Shown piece by piece: positions 25,791 through 34,442 of a stretch of DNA of 64,000 nucleotides. The notes under the pieces were generated by a model. It was not told the DNA's origin. It worked only from the letters and a program-made list of their open reading frames with translations, and searched no databases. Every line of letters starts with the position of its first letter. The stretch's first letter is position 1. This DNA is from an uncultured Bacillota bacterium (GTDB taxonomy: Bacteria > Bacillota > Clostridia > Christensenellales > UBA1242): contig UQVQ01000005.1 in assembly GCA_900544595.1 (NCBI GenBank), positions 7,440-71,439 of the forward strand, written 5' to 3'. The position numbers and the translations under genes were made by a program.

Positions 25791-27200
25791 CTACATCATT
25801 AAATTTCCGTTTTCGGTTTTAACAACTTTCAAAATGTTTTCAAGGTTTCCTGTTTGGGCATTGAAATAGAAATAGTAGGTTGCGCCTTCTTTAAATGCTT
25901 TAACTTCGTTGGTTAAAACTTCGCGATTATAGTCAAGAGGACTTAACGCAAGGCGGGTTTCAAGAATTTTAAAGCCGTCTGGAATTCTGTTTTCGGAAGA
26001 GGCTTTTGAAACGGAAGGAGTTTCAAGAGCGCGGCTTCTGTGGTTGGTGTAGAAAGTAGATGCTTCCCAGCCAAGAATGTTTCCGCTTGAAAGGTCAACT
26101 TTAACTTTAATTAAGTCGGGATAGAGAACAACATTGTTTTCAACGGGCGCAAGGTTAAGATAGGTGTCGCTTCCAAGGCTTCCGCTCCAAACGCATTCCA
26201 TGTTTTCAAGGCCTTGTTTCTTTGCAAAGTCAATTGCAATTTTTTCGGCTTCTTCGGTTGAAATTTTTTGTTCACTTTTCTTGGAGAATGAACTTAAAGT
26301 TAAAAGTTTTCCTCCAACTTTTGTTATTTGAGCATAATATTCAAATCCGTTTTCAAGCGAGATTGAGAAATCGAAGGTTTTAAATTTTCCGTTTGTTTCG
26401 CCAACATAAGAAATTTTTGTTGCTTGGCTGCTTTCGCCGCCGTTTTCATTAACAGATTTTTCCTGTTTTTCAAAAATCTTTGCTGCAATTTCTTGTGCTT
26501 CATCTTTGCTTATTTCGTTTCCAGAAAGCCCTTTAATTTCCTTGCTTACAACCGAGTCGGAAAATGGACCGTCGTAAATCATTGTTGGATAGTCTTCTCC
26601 GCTTGATTTAATTGATTGAAAAAGTTGGGTGAAATCTGTGAAATCTTGTTTTTCATTTTTAACCGAGTTAACCGAAATGCTATATCCATTTGCAATTTTT
26701 CCCGACATATTTGCAAGGCTGTATTTAATGTCGGAAACTGCGCGGTGTAGGGCGTTAAGTGTTTCGCGCTCGGAAGCGGAAATTGCGCTTGATTTTTTTC
26801 TTGAAAGAACATTCGCAAATCCGTTAAGTTGATTTATAAATCTGTTTGTTTCGGGAATTCCATTCATTGAAATTGGAAGGCGCGAAATGTTGTTTTGTGC
26901 GCTTGCTGCGCTTTCATGAATTTCGGAAAGAAGTTTTTGAACATATGCCTCGTTTGTTGAGTTAACAAGCTTTCCAAGTTTAACTTCTGCGTTGTTAATG
27001 TCGTCAACAAGGTCGAAAAACGAGCGCTGATAAACATTTTCAAGGTTAACGGAACTCTCGTGGTATGCTTTTTTATTTACGGCATAGAGCACGCAAAAAA
27101 CCGTCATCATAACCCCAAGAACTCCAACAAAAACAATGAGAGTTACTAAACTTGCTTTGCTTATGTTTGCTTTTTCTTTGCTTAAATCTTTAATTTTCAT
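25791..27200 (-). CDS. ypeB: Germination protein YpeB
   Basis: It has an N-terminal anchor. The YpeB-type region is ENVYQRSFFDLVDDINNAEVKLGKL ... AQNNISRLP, followed by PepSY-like C-terminal repeats. It lies directly downstream of sleB. Confidence 0.8.
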   Translation of the reverse strand: MKIKDLSKEKANISKASLVTLIVFVGVLGVMMTVFCVLYAVNKKAYHESSVNLENVYQRSFFDLVDDINNAEVKLGKLVNSTNEAYVQKLLSEIHESAASAQNNISRLPISMNGIPETNRFINQLNGFANVLSRKKSSAISASERETLNALHRAVSDIKYSLANMSGKIANGYSISVNSVKNEKQDFTDFTQLFQSIKSSGEDYPTMIYDGPFSDSVVSKEIKGLSGNEISKDEAQEIAAKIFEKQEKSVNENGGESSQATKISYVGETNGKFKTFDFSISLENGFEYYAQITKVGGKLLTLSSFSKKSEQKISTEEAEKIAIDFAKKQGLENMECVWSGSLGSDTYLNLAPVENNVVLYPDLIKVKVDLSSGNILGWEASTFYTNHRSRALETPSVSKASSENRIPDGFKILETRLALSPLDYNREVLTNEVKAFKEGATYYFYFNAQTGNLENILKVVKTENGNLMM

Positions 27201-27215
27201 TGCTGCCTCCTCTTA

Positions 27216-27878
27216 TCACATACAAAAAACGTGGCGTCCAATTGTAACAACAATTTCACGGTTGAAAATCCATTGGCTTGTTGCGGTTGCTGGGTTATAG
27301 TAGAAAATGCAGCCATAAGTTGGATCCCAGCCGTTAAGAGCATCTTGGGCGGCTTGATAGGCTGTTTCGTTTGGCTCATAGCCAATTTGTCCATCATAAA
27401 CCGCGGTGAAAGCCCATGGCTGATAAACAACTCCATAAATTGTGTTCGGAAAATCTGGATGCTTAACACGATTTAAAATTACCGCAGCAACGGCAACTTG
27501 TCCAACATATGGTTCGCCGCGCGCTTCGGCATAAACGCACTTTGCAAGCAAATATAAATCGTTGTTTGATTGGTCGTTTAGGTTAATTCCAAGCAAACTT
27601 GCGGTTTTTGGGCCAACCGTTCCTGTTTGCTCAACGCCATAGTCAAATTGAAACGCTTTAATTGCTTGGGTTGTTTCCCAGTTCATTGTTCCGTCAATTG
27701 CGCCGTTATAGTAACCCAAATCTTTAAGTTTTTGTTGGATTGCCTTGTTTTGACTGTAAGTTGTTTCGGCATAAACGTTTTCAACCTTTCGAGTTGGAAT
27801 TACGCTTAAACTTAAACTTCCAATTAAGCAAACAACCATCATAATTGCAATAATCCAAATTTTTTTTGAAACCACCAT
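27216..27878 (-). CDS. sleB: Spore cortex-lytic enzyme SleB
   Basis: It has a signal peptide and a PG-binding domain (LKDLGYYNGAIDGTMNWETTQAIKAFQ). The SleB/CwlJ hydrolase domain is CVYAEARGEPYVGQVAVAAVILNRV. The start was moved to 27878 (RBS GGGAGA). Confidence 0.88.
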   Translation of the reverse strand: MVVSKKIWIIAIMMVVCLIGSLSLSVIPTRKVENVYAETTYSQNKAIQQKLKDLGYYNGAIDGTMNWETTQAIKAFQFDYGVEQTGTVGPKTASLLGINLNDQSNNDLYLLAKCVYAEARGEPYVGQVAVAAVILNRVKHPDFPNTIYGVVYQPWAFTAVYDGQIGYEPNETAYQAAQDALNGWDPTYGCIFYYNPATATSQWIFNREIVVTIGRHVFCM

Positions 27879-27908
27879 AAAAATCTCCCTAAAAATTGTG
27901 ATTTTAAG

Positions 27909-27936
27909 TAGTTTGCGCAAAAAAACAGTTTTATTC
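27909..27936 (-). promoter_or_regulatory. Candidate forespore (sigmaG/sigmaF-type) promoter of sleB-ypeB
   Basis: On the minus strand: GAATA (27932-27936), a 16-nt spacer, then CAAACTA (27909-27915). This resembles the GHATR...CATxxTA consensus with one mismatch. It lies in the 70-nt spoIIR-sleB gap. Confidence 0.3.
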
Positions 27937-27948
27937 AAAAAAATCTTC

Positions 27949-28479
27949 CTAATTAAAGAAAGATTTAATGATTTCAACAATTTTAGATTTGTAAACTGCG
28001 TCGTTGCCCGTTGGGTTTGCTTTCAAAAAACAAAGAGGAGGATACACAACGCACCACCAGTTATTTCCTTCGCCGCTTCCAAGGTTTAGAATAAGCGCGT
28101 CGTAGAAACCTTGTTCAAGTGTTAAATTTTCATAGGTTCGTGTTGGAAATTCCTCGCGAGCAAGCTTTGCTTTTGATGTGTAGGAGAAGCCATTTTCTTT
28201 AAGGGTTTTGTTTGCAACGCTTTCAATAAGCGGAAAATTCTTTTCCAAAACTTTTTCCGCTTCGGTCTTTGTTTGGCAAGAAGAAATTAGGGGAATCATT
28301 GCCTCAACAACTGCGTCTTTAACTTTATACTTAATGCTTTGGTCAATCTCGTCGTTTGAGTTTGCCCTAATATGTATTCTTAAATATTCGCTGTTTTCTT
28401 GCGGCTTATTTAAAAGGCCAAAAACAACAATTACGCCAAGTGCCAAAATTAAACAAAGAGTTATAACAATTCTTTTCAT
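27949..28479 (-). CDS. spoIIR: Stage II sporulation protein R
   Basis: LRIHIRANSNDEIDQSIKYKVKDAVV ... GEGNNWWCVVYPPLCF is the canonical SpoIIR signature. The start was moved to the ATG at 28479 (MKRIVITLCLILALG signal). Confidence 0.9.
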   Translation of the reverse strand: MKRIVITLCLILALGVIVVFGLLNKPQENSEYLRIHIRANSNDEIDQSIKYKVKDAVVEAMIPLISSCQTKTEAEKVLEKNFPLIESVANKTLKENGFSYTSKAKLAREEFPTRTYENLTLEQGFYDALILNLGSGEGNNWWCVVYPPLCFLKANPTGNDAVYKSKIVEIIKSFFN

Positions 28480-28550
28480 ACAAGAATTATTGACGCGTTT
28501 TAAAAATTTAAACAATATATGCAATAATTTCAACGAAAAATTCAAAAATA

Positions 28551-28578
28551 TTGACTTTATATTGATTTGTGGTATACT
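28551..28578 (+). promoter_or_regulatory. SigmaA-type promoter of the 692-aa orphan gene
   Basis: TTGACT (28551-28556), a 16-nt spacer, then TATACT (28573-28578). RBS AGGAGAA precedes the ATG at 28599. Confidence 0.5.
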
Positions 28579-28598
28579 AAAAGCATAGGAGAAAAGAA

Positions 28599-30677
28599 AT
28601 GAGTTCAAAGTTCAATGTTAGTTTAATTGAAGAAATGAAAGACGGCTCTCGCGCAAAACAAGGAAAAGAAATTGTTGTTTCCTTTGAAAAAGAAACAGGC
28701 GCAGGGGGAAGTTTCTATCGTGCCGGCAAAAACTTTAACGAAAGCGGCGAATATTTGCTTGAAGCTCAAATCTTGGAAAACGGCAAAAAAATTGTTAAAA
28801 TTTATAACTCAAATGGAAAACTTAACAGTCTTATTGACGGAAAAAATGTTAAACAAGACGGAAACCATGTTGTTTTCGACGCGGCAGAAATTAAGTGTCT
28901 TCCAAATGCGCAAATTTCAATTGCGGTTAAGGGCTTGAACGAAAAGATTTCAACAGTTGATGTTCGCGCGGGGGATCTTGTTATTAACAAAAGCCAAAAA
29001 GGAAGCATTGAGCTTTTATCGAATAAACCAATTAACCTTGAACTTTCCGAAAACTTTTTTGAAGACATTTCCTTAAATAAAGTTAAATGTGGGGTTTTGC
29101 CTGCTCAGGCTTTTGAAGCAGCCGAGGGTCTTAAAAACACAACCCAAAAAATTTTCCGTGTTAATGGCGAAGAACTTAAATTCTTAACAATAAACGGAAA
29201 ACCAAACAAACTTTTCCTCGCAAGCGGAACAGAACTTCGCGAACTTGCAAATGTTATTGACGGCTCGAAGGAACACGAGCAAACCGGAAATTTTGCCCAC
29301 GACTTTGGCTTTCAATTTCGAGGCGGCGATTTTGGGCAAGGAAAAGTTGGAACAATTGCTTCAATTTTGGAAAATGTTTCTGCTAGCAAAGCAAACGAGA
29401 TTTTAGCATATATTGAAAATCAAAACGCCAAAACATCAATTGAAAGAGTTTCGCCGGAAACATACAAAACAAGAATTCAAAGTGTTTCAAAATTCAATAT
29501 TTCAACAAAAAGCCAAGTGATAAAAGAAATTGAAAATGAACAGGAAAAAATAAGTGCTTTTGTTGAGTCCAGTGCAGCGCCTGCAATTTTAAAGGTTAAC
29601 TTAGCTCAATCGGAAGTTGAAGAAACGAAAGAAGGAGGGAAAATGGAAGAGAAAACAAAAGAAACCGAAATTAAAAATGTTGATTCAAACGACTCAAATT
29701 CAAACAATGGCGGAAATGACCCTGTTGTTGGGTTAACTCCAGCAGCCGATCAACCTGCTTCGCAAAGCAACCCACCAGCTGACGGTTCGAGCGACGAAGA
29801 AGAGGAAGAAACCGTTGAAGTTGTTGGCGAGCAACCACCAAAAGAAGAAAATAAAGACAACGAACAAGGCGCAAAAGAAGATAAACCTTCAAAAGGCGAG
29901 GGGAAAAAGCAAGAGAAAAGTGAAAAAGCCGTTCCTGCAAAAGAATATAAACCACAATATCCAGTGGAAGGCGTTCATGTTCCTCTTAAACCGCTTAAAG
30001 TTCTTAAACATTGTTTGTTTGGAGCTGCAATTGCAACTTTCATCGCATTAACAGTTGTAACCTTCCTTGGCGGGCTTCTTGCCCCAGCATTTATGTTCCT
30101 TTCTCTTGCAATTGGAACAGCAACAATAATGTCTTCCGAAGTTGTTGGAGATATTAGAGAAAGATCAAAAGAAAAACAAGCTGCGTTAGATAAAGAACAA
30201 AAACGCCTTGAAAAAGAAATTAAAAAAGAAAAGGCAAAACAAAAAGCTAAAACAGAAGACAAAGACCAATCCGAAGAAAAAGAAGAAGATAAGGAAGAAG
30301 TTTTTGAAGTTGATGGAGATAAAAAGAAAAAGAAGAAAAAACTAAACGTTGCCGAACTTGTTGCAAAAAGTTCTCAAAAAAGAGCCGAAAGAAAGGAAAA
30401 AGTTAACGAATTGAAAGCTCAAGCAACTTTAAGCAGCGGCGCGCAAGCAGAAAAAGCAAAGCGAGTTTCGCTTCAAGAAAAGAAAGTTAACGCAGAAGCA
30501 AAAGAGAAAAAAACGGCAAAAGAACTTAAAAAAGAAGCAGAAAAGAATGCTCTTAGAAAGAAAATTGCCGAAAACAGAACCGCCAACTATGCAAAGCCAT
30601 TAAACAGCGAAGCATCAAGTTTAGCGCCAGATTCAAAACCTAAAAATCCATCAAGCGGACTTGATATGGGAATGTAG
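28599..30677 (+). CDS. Hypothetical 692-aa protein: a soluble N-domain, an acidic/Pro-rich linker, a central TM hairpin and a K/E-rich coiled-coil tail
   Basis: The TM hairpin is HCLFGAAIATFIALTVVTFLGGLLAPAFMFLSLAIGTATIMSS. It is flanked by low-complexity charged regions. I recognise no catalytic motif. Confidence 0.7.
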   Translation: MSSKFNVSLIEEMKDGSRAKQGKEIVVSFEKETGAGGSFYRAGKNFNESGEYLLEAQILENGKKIVKIYNSNGKLNSLIDGKNVKQDGNHVVFDAAEIKCLPNAQISIAVKGLNEKISTVDVRAGDLVINKSQKGSIELLSNKPINLELSENFFEDISLNKVKCGVLPAQAFEAAEGLKNTTQKIFRVNGEELKFLTINGKPNKLFLASGTELRELANVIDGSKEHEQTGNFAHDFGFQFRGGDFGQGKVGTIASILENVSASKANEILAYIENQNAKTSIERVSPETYKTRIQSVSKFNISTKSQVIKEIENEQEKISAFVESSAAPAILKVNLAQSEVEETKEGGKMEEKTKETEIKNVDSNDSNSNNGGNDPVVGLTPAADQPASQSNPPADGSSDEEEEETVEVVGEQPPKEENKDNEQGAKEDKPSKGEGKKQEKSEKAVPAKEYKPQYPVEGVHVPLKPLKVLKHCLFGAAIATFIALTVVTFLGGLLAPAFMFLSLAIGTATIMSSEVVGDIRERSKEKQAALDKEQKRLEKEIKKEKAKQKAKTEDKDQSEEKEEDKEEVFEVDGDKKKKKKKLNVAELVAKSSQKRAERKEKVNELKAQATLSSGAQAEKAKRVSLQEKKVNAEAKEKKTAKELKKEAEKNALRKKIAENRTANYAKPLNSEASSLAPDSKPKNPSSGLDMGM

Positions 30678-30695
30678 GAAAAATTCAAAAAGCAG

Positions 30696-30724
30696 TTGAC
30701 ATCAGCTGCTTTTTTGACTATAAT
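30696..30724 (+). promoter_or_regulatory. Consensus sigmaA promoter of tRNA-Arg
   Basis: TTGACA (30696-30701), an exact 17-nt spacer, then TATAAT (30719-30724), 31 nt upstream of the tRNA 5' end. The -35 element lies in the loop of the upstream gene's terminator hairpin. Confidence 0.7.
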
Positions 30725-30755
30725 AGGGGCTGTTAGTTAAATAACTATCGCTTTT

Positions 30756-30832
30756 GCGCTTGTAGCTCAATTGGATAGAGCGTTGGTCTACGGAACCAAA
30801 GGTTGGGGATTCGAACTCCTCCAGGCGCACCA
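30756..30832 (+). tRNA. tRNA-Arg (anticodon ACG), CCA encoded
   Basis: Folded by hand as a cloverleaf. Acceptor GCGCTTG/CAGGCGC; D-arm GCTC/GAGC; anticodon stem TTGGT/ACCAA with loop CTACGGA; T-arm GGGGA-TTCGAAC-TCCTC; discriminator A plus CCA. Total 77 nt. Confidence 0.93.
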
Positions 30833-30861
30833 AAAATCGGCAGGATTTGCCGATTTTTTTA
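30833..30861 (+). terminator. Rho-independent terminator after tRNA-Arg
   Basis: ATCGGCA (30836-30842) pairs with TGCCGAT (30848-30854). The loop is 5 nt and is followed by TTTTTTT. Confidence 0.75.
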
Positions 30862-31210
30862 TGTTTGAATCTTTAAAGAAATCAATATATAAGAACATAT
30901 AAAACAAAATTTTTTCCTAGGAGAGATTCAAAATCCGAATTCGCTATGGCGAAATGCTAAAAACTTTCAATAATTGAGTAAATCGCCAAAAAATTTTTGA
31001 TGAAATGTGAAATTTTTGAAAAAAATTTATTATTAAAATTTCTTTTTTTTGAGTTAAATTATGGGTTTTCGCTTGGAATTTCCTGGCGATTCTTTAATTT
31101 TTTAGATCTCAAAAAATTTCTTTCATTTTCTTGACTTGATTTTTTTTTGTATGGTAACATAAAGTTAGGTTCAACGCATAGATGATTATGTGTTAACAAA
31201 GGAGGTAAAA

Positions 31211-33106
31211 ATGAAATTAAAGAAAAAAAGCATTGCGGCATTTATTTTTGCAATTTGCTTAGTTATGCCAGCAATACTTTTGTTCGCTGCTTGTGGAAAA
31301 ACTGAACATACATTTAGCAGTGAATGGTCCACAACAGATTCTCAGCATTGGCACGCTTGCACAGACGAAAACTGCGATGAGAAAAGCGACTTAGGTGATC
31401 ACAACTTTGTTTGGGTTCAAAAGACCCCTGCTGGTGTTCACACCGACAGAGTTGAAACAGGAACTTGCTCTATCTGTCAATATCAAAAAGATAGAACAAT
31501 CGAAGGCTCGGGGCTTCATACTTGGGAATGGAAAACCAGCGACACAAAACATTGGCAAGAAACAACTTGCGAACACGAAACCCCATTAAAACAAAACGAG
31601 CAAGACCACACTTGGGAAAGTAAAAGTGATGCTACTAAGCATTGGGAACAAACTACCTGCACCCAACATGATGCAATTAAAAGAAACGAAGAAGCTCATA
31701 CATGGGAATGGAAGGCTAACAACGCGAAACATTGGGAACAAACAACTTGCGCTCAACACGAAGCGAAGACAAGAAACGAAGAAAATCACATTTGGGAATA
31801 TACATCAGAAGGCGAATTAACACACAGACGCACAACTAATTGTGGCGCAGAAAAACATGCAACAAGAATAGAACCTAACATTCCACATAGATATACAGAT
31901 GAAAATGACGTTGATTGTAACGATTGTGGCTATGTAAGAAGTTTGACTGGGAAAGGCTCATTTAACACGCTTTCAGCAAAGACATACAATGCCGGCGCGC
32001 AAGGTGTTGCTTCAAGTGATTATACAGTTAATGAAGCAATCAAAGACCTTTGCGAAATTCAATACAAAGTTAAAGACGCAAACGATAGCACCTACACCAC
32101 AACTGCACCAACAAATGCAGGAACTTATGAAGTAAGAATTTACTGCAGAGGAAATGCTACTTACCTTAGAGGCGAAGTTGCAAAAACAGAGTATGTAATC
32201 AATAAATACGAAGTTGAAATTGTTAGTGGTTTAACTTTTAATGTTGCTTATGACAAAGCAGCTATGGAAGATGCTAATGTTCAATACATAGATTTAGGAA
32301 CTGTTCATGTAACTAAAGATTTAGTTAAACCTGCTGACGTTCCAATTAAAGCAAAAAAGAAAGACGCTTTCAAAAATCCTGGAAGATATCAAGTTTATGA
32401 TGATGAAATGTTAATTGAAGATGACAATTTCGCACTTAAAAAATTGACTGATTTAAGAAAAGTTAATTTAGTTTACTATGACGACAGTGTTGCAGCAACA
32501 TTAACAAGTGTCGCAGATGAAAGCAAAATTAAATGGGACGCAACCCAAAAACAAGTTGGTATTACTGTTGTTAGAGTTAACAACGGAACAATAAGAGTTG
32601 GTGACTATATGATTTGTGAGGGTTATACAAAACCTCTTAAAGTAGTTGCCTTAAAATTGCAATATAGTGTTCCTACTGACATGTTAATAAATGGCGACAA
32701 AAACTGTGAGATATATTTTGACAACAGCAGTTTTGCTGATTTAGCCACTGCAAAACCTATCTTGGCAAACAAAACCTTTACAGAAGTTGAAACACTTAAC
32801 TTTGTAGAAGGCGAAAATTATACCAACACTGTAAGCAGACAACTAAACAAAGGCGAATGTTTTTATCTTGCATTTGCTACAGAAGCTTCTGCAATTGTAA
32901 AAACTTATAAATTAAATTTTGACACAAATGGAACAGGCTATGAGACAAGTGGGTCAGTTTATTTCTTTAGAACAGACGGATATACTGATACAGCTGGAAT
33001 CGAGCTGAACACAAAGAGTGAAGGAATCTATTTTGTTAAAGTAACAAAAACTGCTGATAGTGAGCCAGGAAAAGAAAGTGTTGATTTCTCTATCAAAAAA
33101 TGGTAA
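31211..33106 (+). CDS. Surface lipoprotein with His/Trp/Cys tandem repeats and an MBG-like domain
   Basis: The start was moved to 31211 (GGAGG 5 nt upstream). The signal and lipobox are MKLKKKSIAAFIFAICLVMPAILLFAAC. Three exact-period 30-aa repeats have the form HTWEWK....KHW(E/Q).TTC. The segment PTNAGTYEVRIYCRGNATY resembles an MBG domain. Confidence 0.8.
   Translation: MKLKKKSIAAFIFAICLVMPAILLFAACGKTEHTFSSEWSTTDSQHWHACTDENCDEKSDLGDHNFVWVQKTPAGVHTDRVETGTCSICQYQKDRTIEGSGLHTWEWKTSDTKHWQETTCEHETPLKQNEQDHTWESKSDATKHWEQTTCTQHDAIKRNEEAHTWEWKANNAKHWEQTTCAQHEAKTRNEENHIWEYTSEGELTHRRTTNCGAEKHATRIEPNIPHRYTDENDVDCNDCGYVRSLTGKGSFNTLSAKTYNAGAQGVASSDYTVNEAIKDLCEIQYKVKDANDSTYTTTAPTNAGTYEVRIYCRGNATYLRGEVAKTEYVINKYEVEIVSGLTFNVAYDKAAMEDANVQYIDLGTVHVTKDLVKPADVPIKAKKKDAFKNPGRYQVYDDEMLIEDDNFALKKLTDLRKVNLVYYDDSVAATLTSVADESKIKWDATQKQVGITVVRVNNGTIRVGDYMICEGYTKPLKVVALKLQYSVPTDMLINGDKNCEIYFDNSSFADLATAKPILANKTFTEVETLNFVEGENYTNTVSRQLNKGECFYLAFATEASAIVKTYKLNFDTNGTGYETSGSVYFFRTDGYTDTAGIELNTKSEGIYFVKVTKTADSEPGKESVDFSIKKW
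31517..31786 (+). repeat. Three tandem 90-bp (30-aa) in-frame repeats, with degenerate copies on both sides (about 31310-31400 and 31787-31880)
   Basis: The repeat units start at 31517, 31607 and 31697 (each with CAT/CAC His followed by a TGGGAA core), and a degenerate copy starts at 31787. The protein units are HTWEWKTSDTKHWQETTCEHETPLKQNEQD, HTWESKSDATKHWEQTTCTQHDAIKRNEEA and HTWEWKANNAKHWEQTTCAQHEAKTRNEEN. Confidence 0.9.
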
Positions 33107-33195
33107 AGCAAACAACTAAGTTAGTTAGCATTAATTAAAAAAGAGCAATATATTTATGCTAAAATAATTAGTTAAATTTTAAACTAATTGTTATT

Positions 33196-33233
33196 AAAAA
33201 AACGAACTCTGGAATTTTTCAGAGTTCGTTTTA
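33196..33233. terminator. Bidirectional terminator between convergent genes
   Basis: A perfect 11-bp stem: AACGAACTCTG (33201-33211) pairs with CAGAGTTCGTT (33220-33230). An A-run lies 5' and a T-run 3'. Confidence 0.8.
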
Positions 33234-33288
33234 TATTTTGCCAAAATATTTATTGATATTCCGCTGGGCTCAAATATCCAACCTTTAT

Positions 33289-33729
33289 CTATATCTTATC
33301 AAACTTAAACCCAAGATTGGCTGCAACTTTTTCAAATTTCATAATGTTGAATATTCCCCATTGAGTGCAAACAACAATTGTGCTGCCGTCCTTTAATTTA
33401 AACGGCGAATCCATAAAATATCTCTTCTTGCTGTCTTTTATGTTTTCGGCTTGATTTTTTAAGAGAACAACATTAAGAGAGCCTTGAATTGATTTGTCAA
33501 ATATGCCAGCAAGTTCGCTGTAGGTTGGATTGTTTTGCTTGATATATTTTTCAACCACAGCCAAAACAAAACGGTTCTTAGGATAAATTTTGTTATCCAT
33601 CATAAATCTGGTTTTGTCGCGCTTTGGGTTGGGTTCTTCTGTTTTTTTATTGTTTTGCAAAACGATGCTCTCCAAAAATTCAACGCGTTTTTTTAATTTT
33701 TCAAATTCACTAACCATATCCATATTCAT
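33289..33729 (-). CDS. Hypothetical protein (146 aa) with an N-terminal coiled coil
   Basis: The ORF has no motif I recognise. It is divergent from the Nudix gene. Confidence 0.5.
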   Translation of the reverse strand: MNMDMVSEFEKLKKRVEFLESIVLQNNKKTEEPNPKRDKTRFMMDNKIYPKNRFVLAVVEKYIKQNNPTYSELAGIFDKSIQGSLNVVLLKNQAENIKDSKKRYFMDSPFKLKDGSTIVVCTQWGIFNIMKFEKVAANLGFKFDKI

Positions 33730-33878
33730 TATTTTATCATATCACTAAAAAATAATCAAGTTTTTAGGCATAACTATAAAAAACTAACGGTATTTGCGAA
33801 AAACTTAAAAAAACTTATAAAAACTATTGACAACTAGAAAAAACTATGATATGCTTATAGCAGAAAAGGAGAAAACTT

Positions 33879-34310
33879 ATGGAAAAGAAATTAGTTACAA
33901 CAGTTGCCGGCATTATTGAAAATCAAAAAGGGGAAATTTTGTGCACCTTGCGCGATCAAGGAAAATACGATTATGTTTCCTTTGTTTGGGAGTTTCCTGG
34001 CGGAAAAATTGAAGAAGGCGAAACAAAGCGCCAAACCCTTGCAAGAGAACTTAGCGAAGAACTTGATATAAACGTTAACATTGGCAATTTTTATTACCAA
34101 GTTGAACACGACTATCCAGACTTTCATTTGTCTATGTCGCTATATAAATGCAAGTTTAATGGCAACCATATGGCAATGAATGTTCATAAAGCAATCAAAT
34201 GGGTTCCAAAGAAAGACTTGCTCAAACTCGATTGGGCAAAAGCCGATTTGCCAGTTGCTAAAAAACTTTTTGCAGAAAACGCCGCTTTGCAAGAAAACAT
34301 ACAAAAGTGA
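33879..34310 (+). CDS. Nudix hydrolase (MutT-like nucleoside triphosphate pyrophosphohydrolase)
   Basis: The Nudix box is GGKIEEGETKRQTLARELSEELDI (GX5EX7REUXEEXGU). RBS AAGGAGA. Confidence 0.85.
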   Translation: MEKKLVTTVAGIIENQKGEILCTLRDQGKYDYVSFVWEFPGGKIEEGETKRQTLARELSEELDINVNIGNFYYQVEHDYPDFHLSMSLYKCKFNGNHMAMNVHKAIKWVPKKDLLKLDWAKADLPVAKKLFAENAALQENIQK

Positions 34311-34442
34311 AAAATTAAGATAAAACATCAAGAACAACAGTGGTTGTTATAATGCTAATCTTCGGAATTTATATATTTATTTTAAATAACTCTATAAAAA
34401 GGGAAAATTGCAAACTATATAAAATTCTTTTGTTGCAAACTT

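Noticed and set aside
30862-31190. A 330-nt non-coding gap upstream of the repeat lipoprotein, considered as a riboswitch or sRNA; it includes track ORF 31059..31241 (-)
   Set aside because: I recognise no conserved riboswitch core, and only weak local hairpins are present. The 60-aa minus-strand ORF has no RBS and overlaps the lipoprotein promoter and RBS. The question is left open pending a covariance-model scan.
33289-34310. The 146-aa orphan plus Nudix hydrolase, considered as a possible defence or toxin-antitoxin-like pair
   Set aside because: The genes are divergent rather than co-oriented. The Nudix protein looks like an ordinary MutT-type enzyme. The orphan has no nuclease, ATPase or toxin motif that I can identify.
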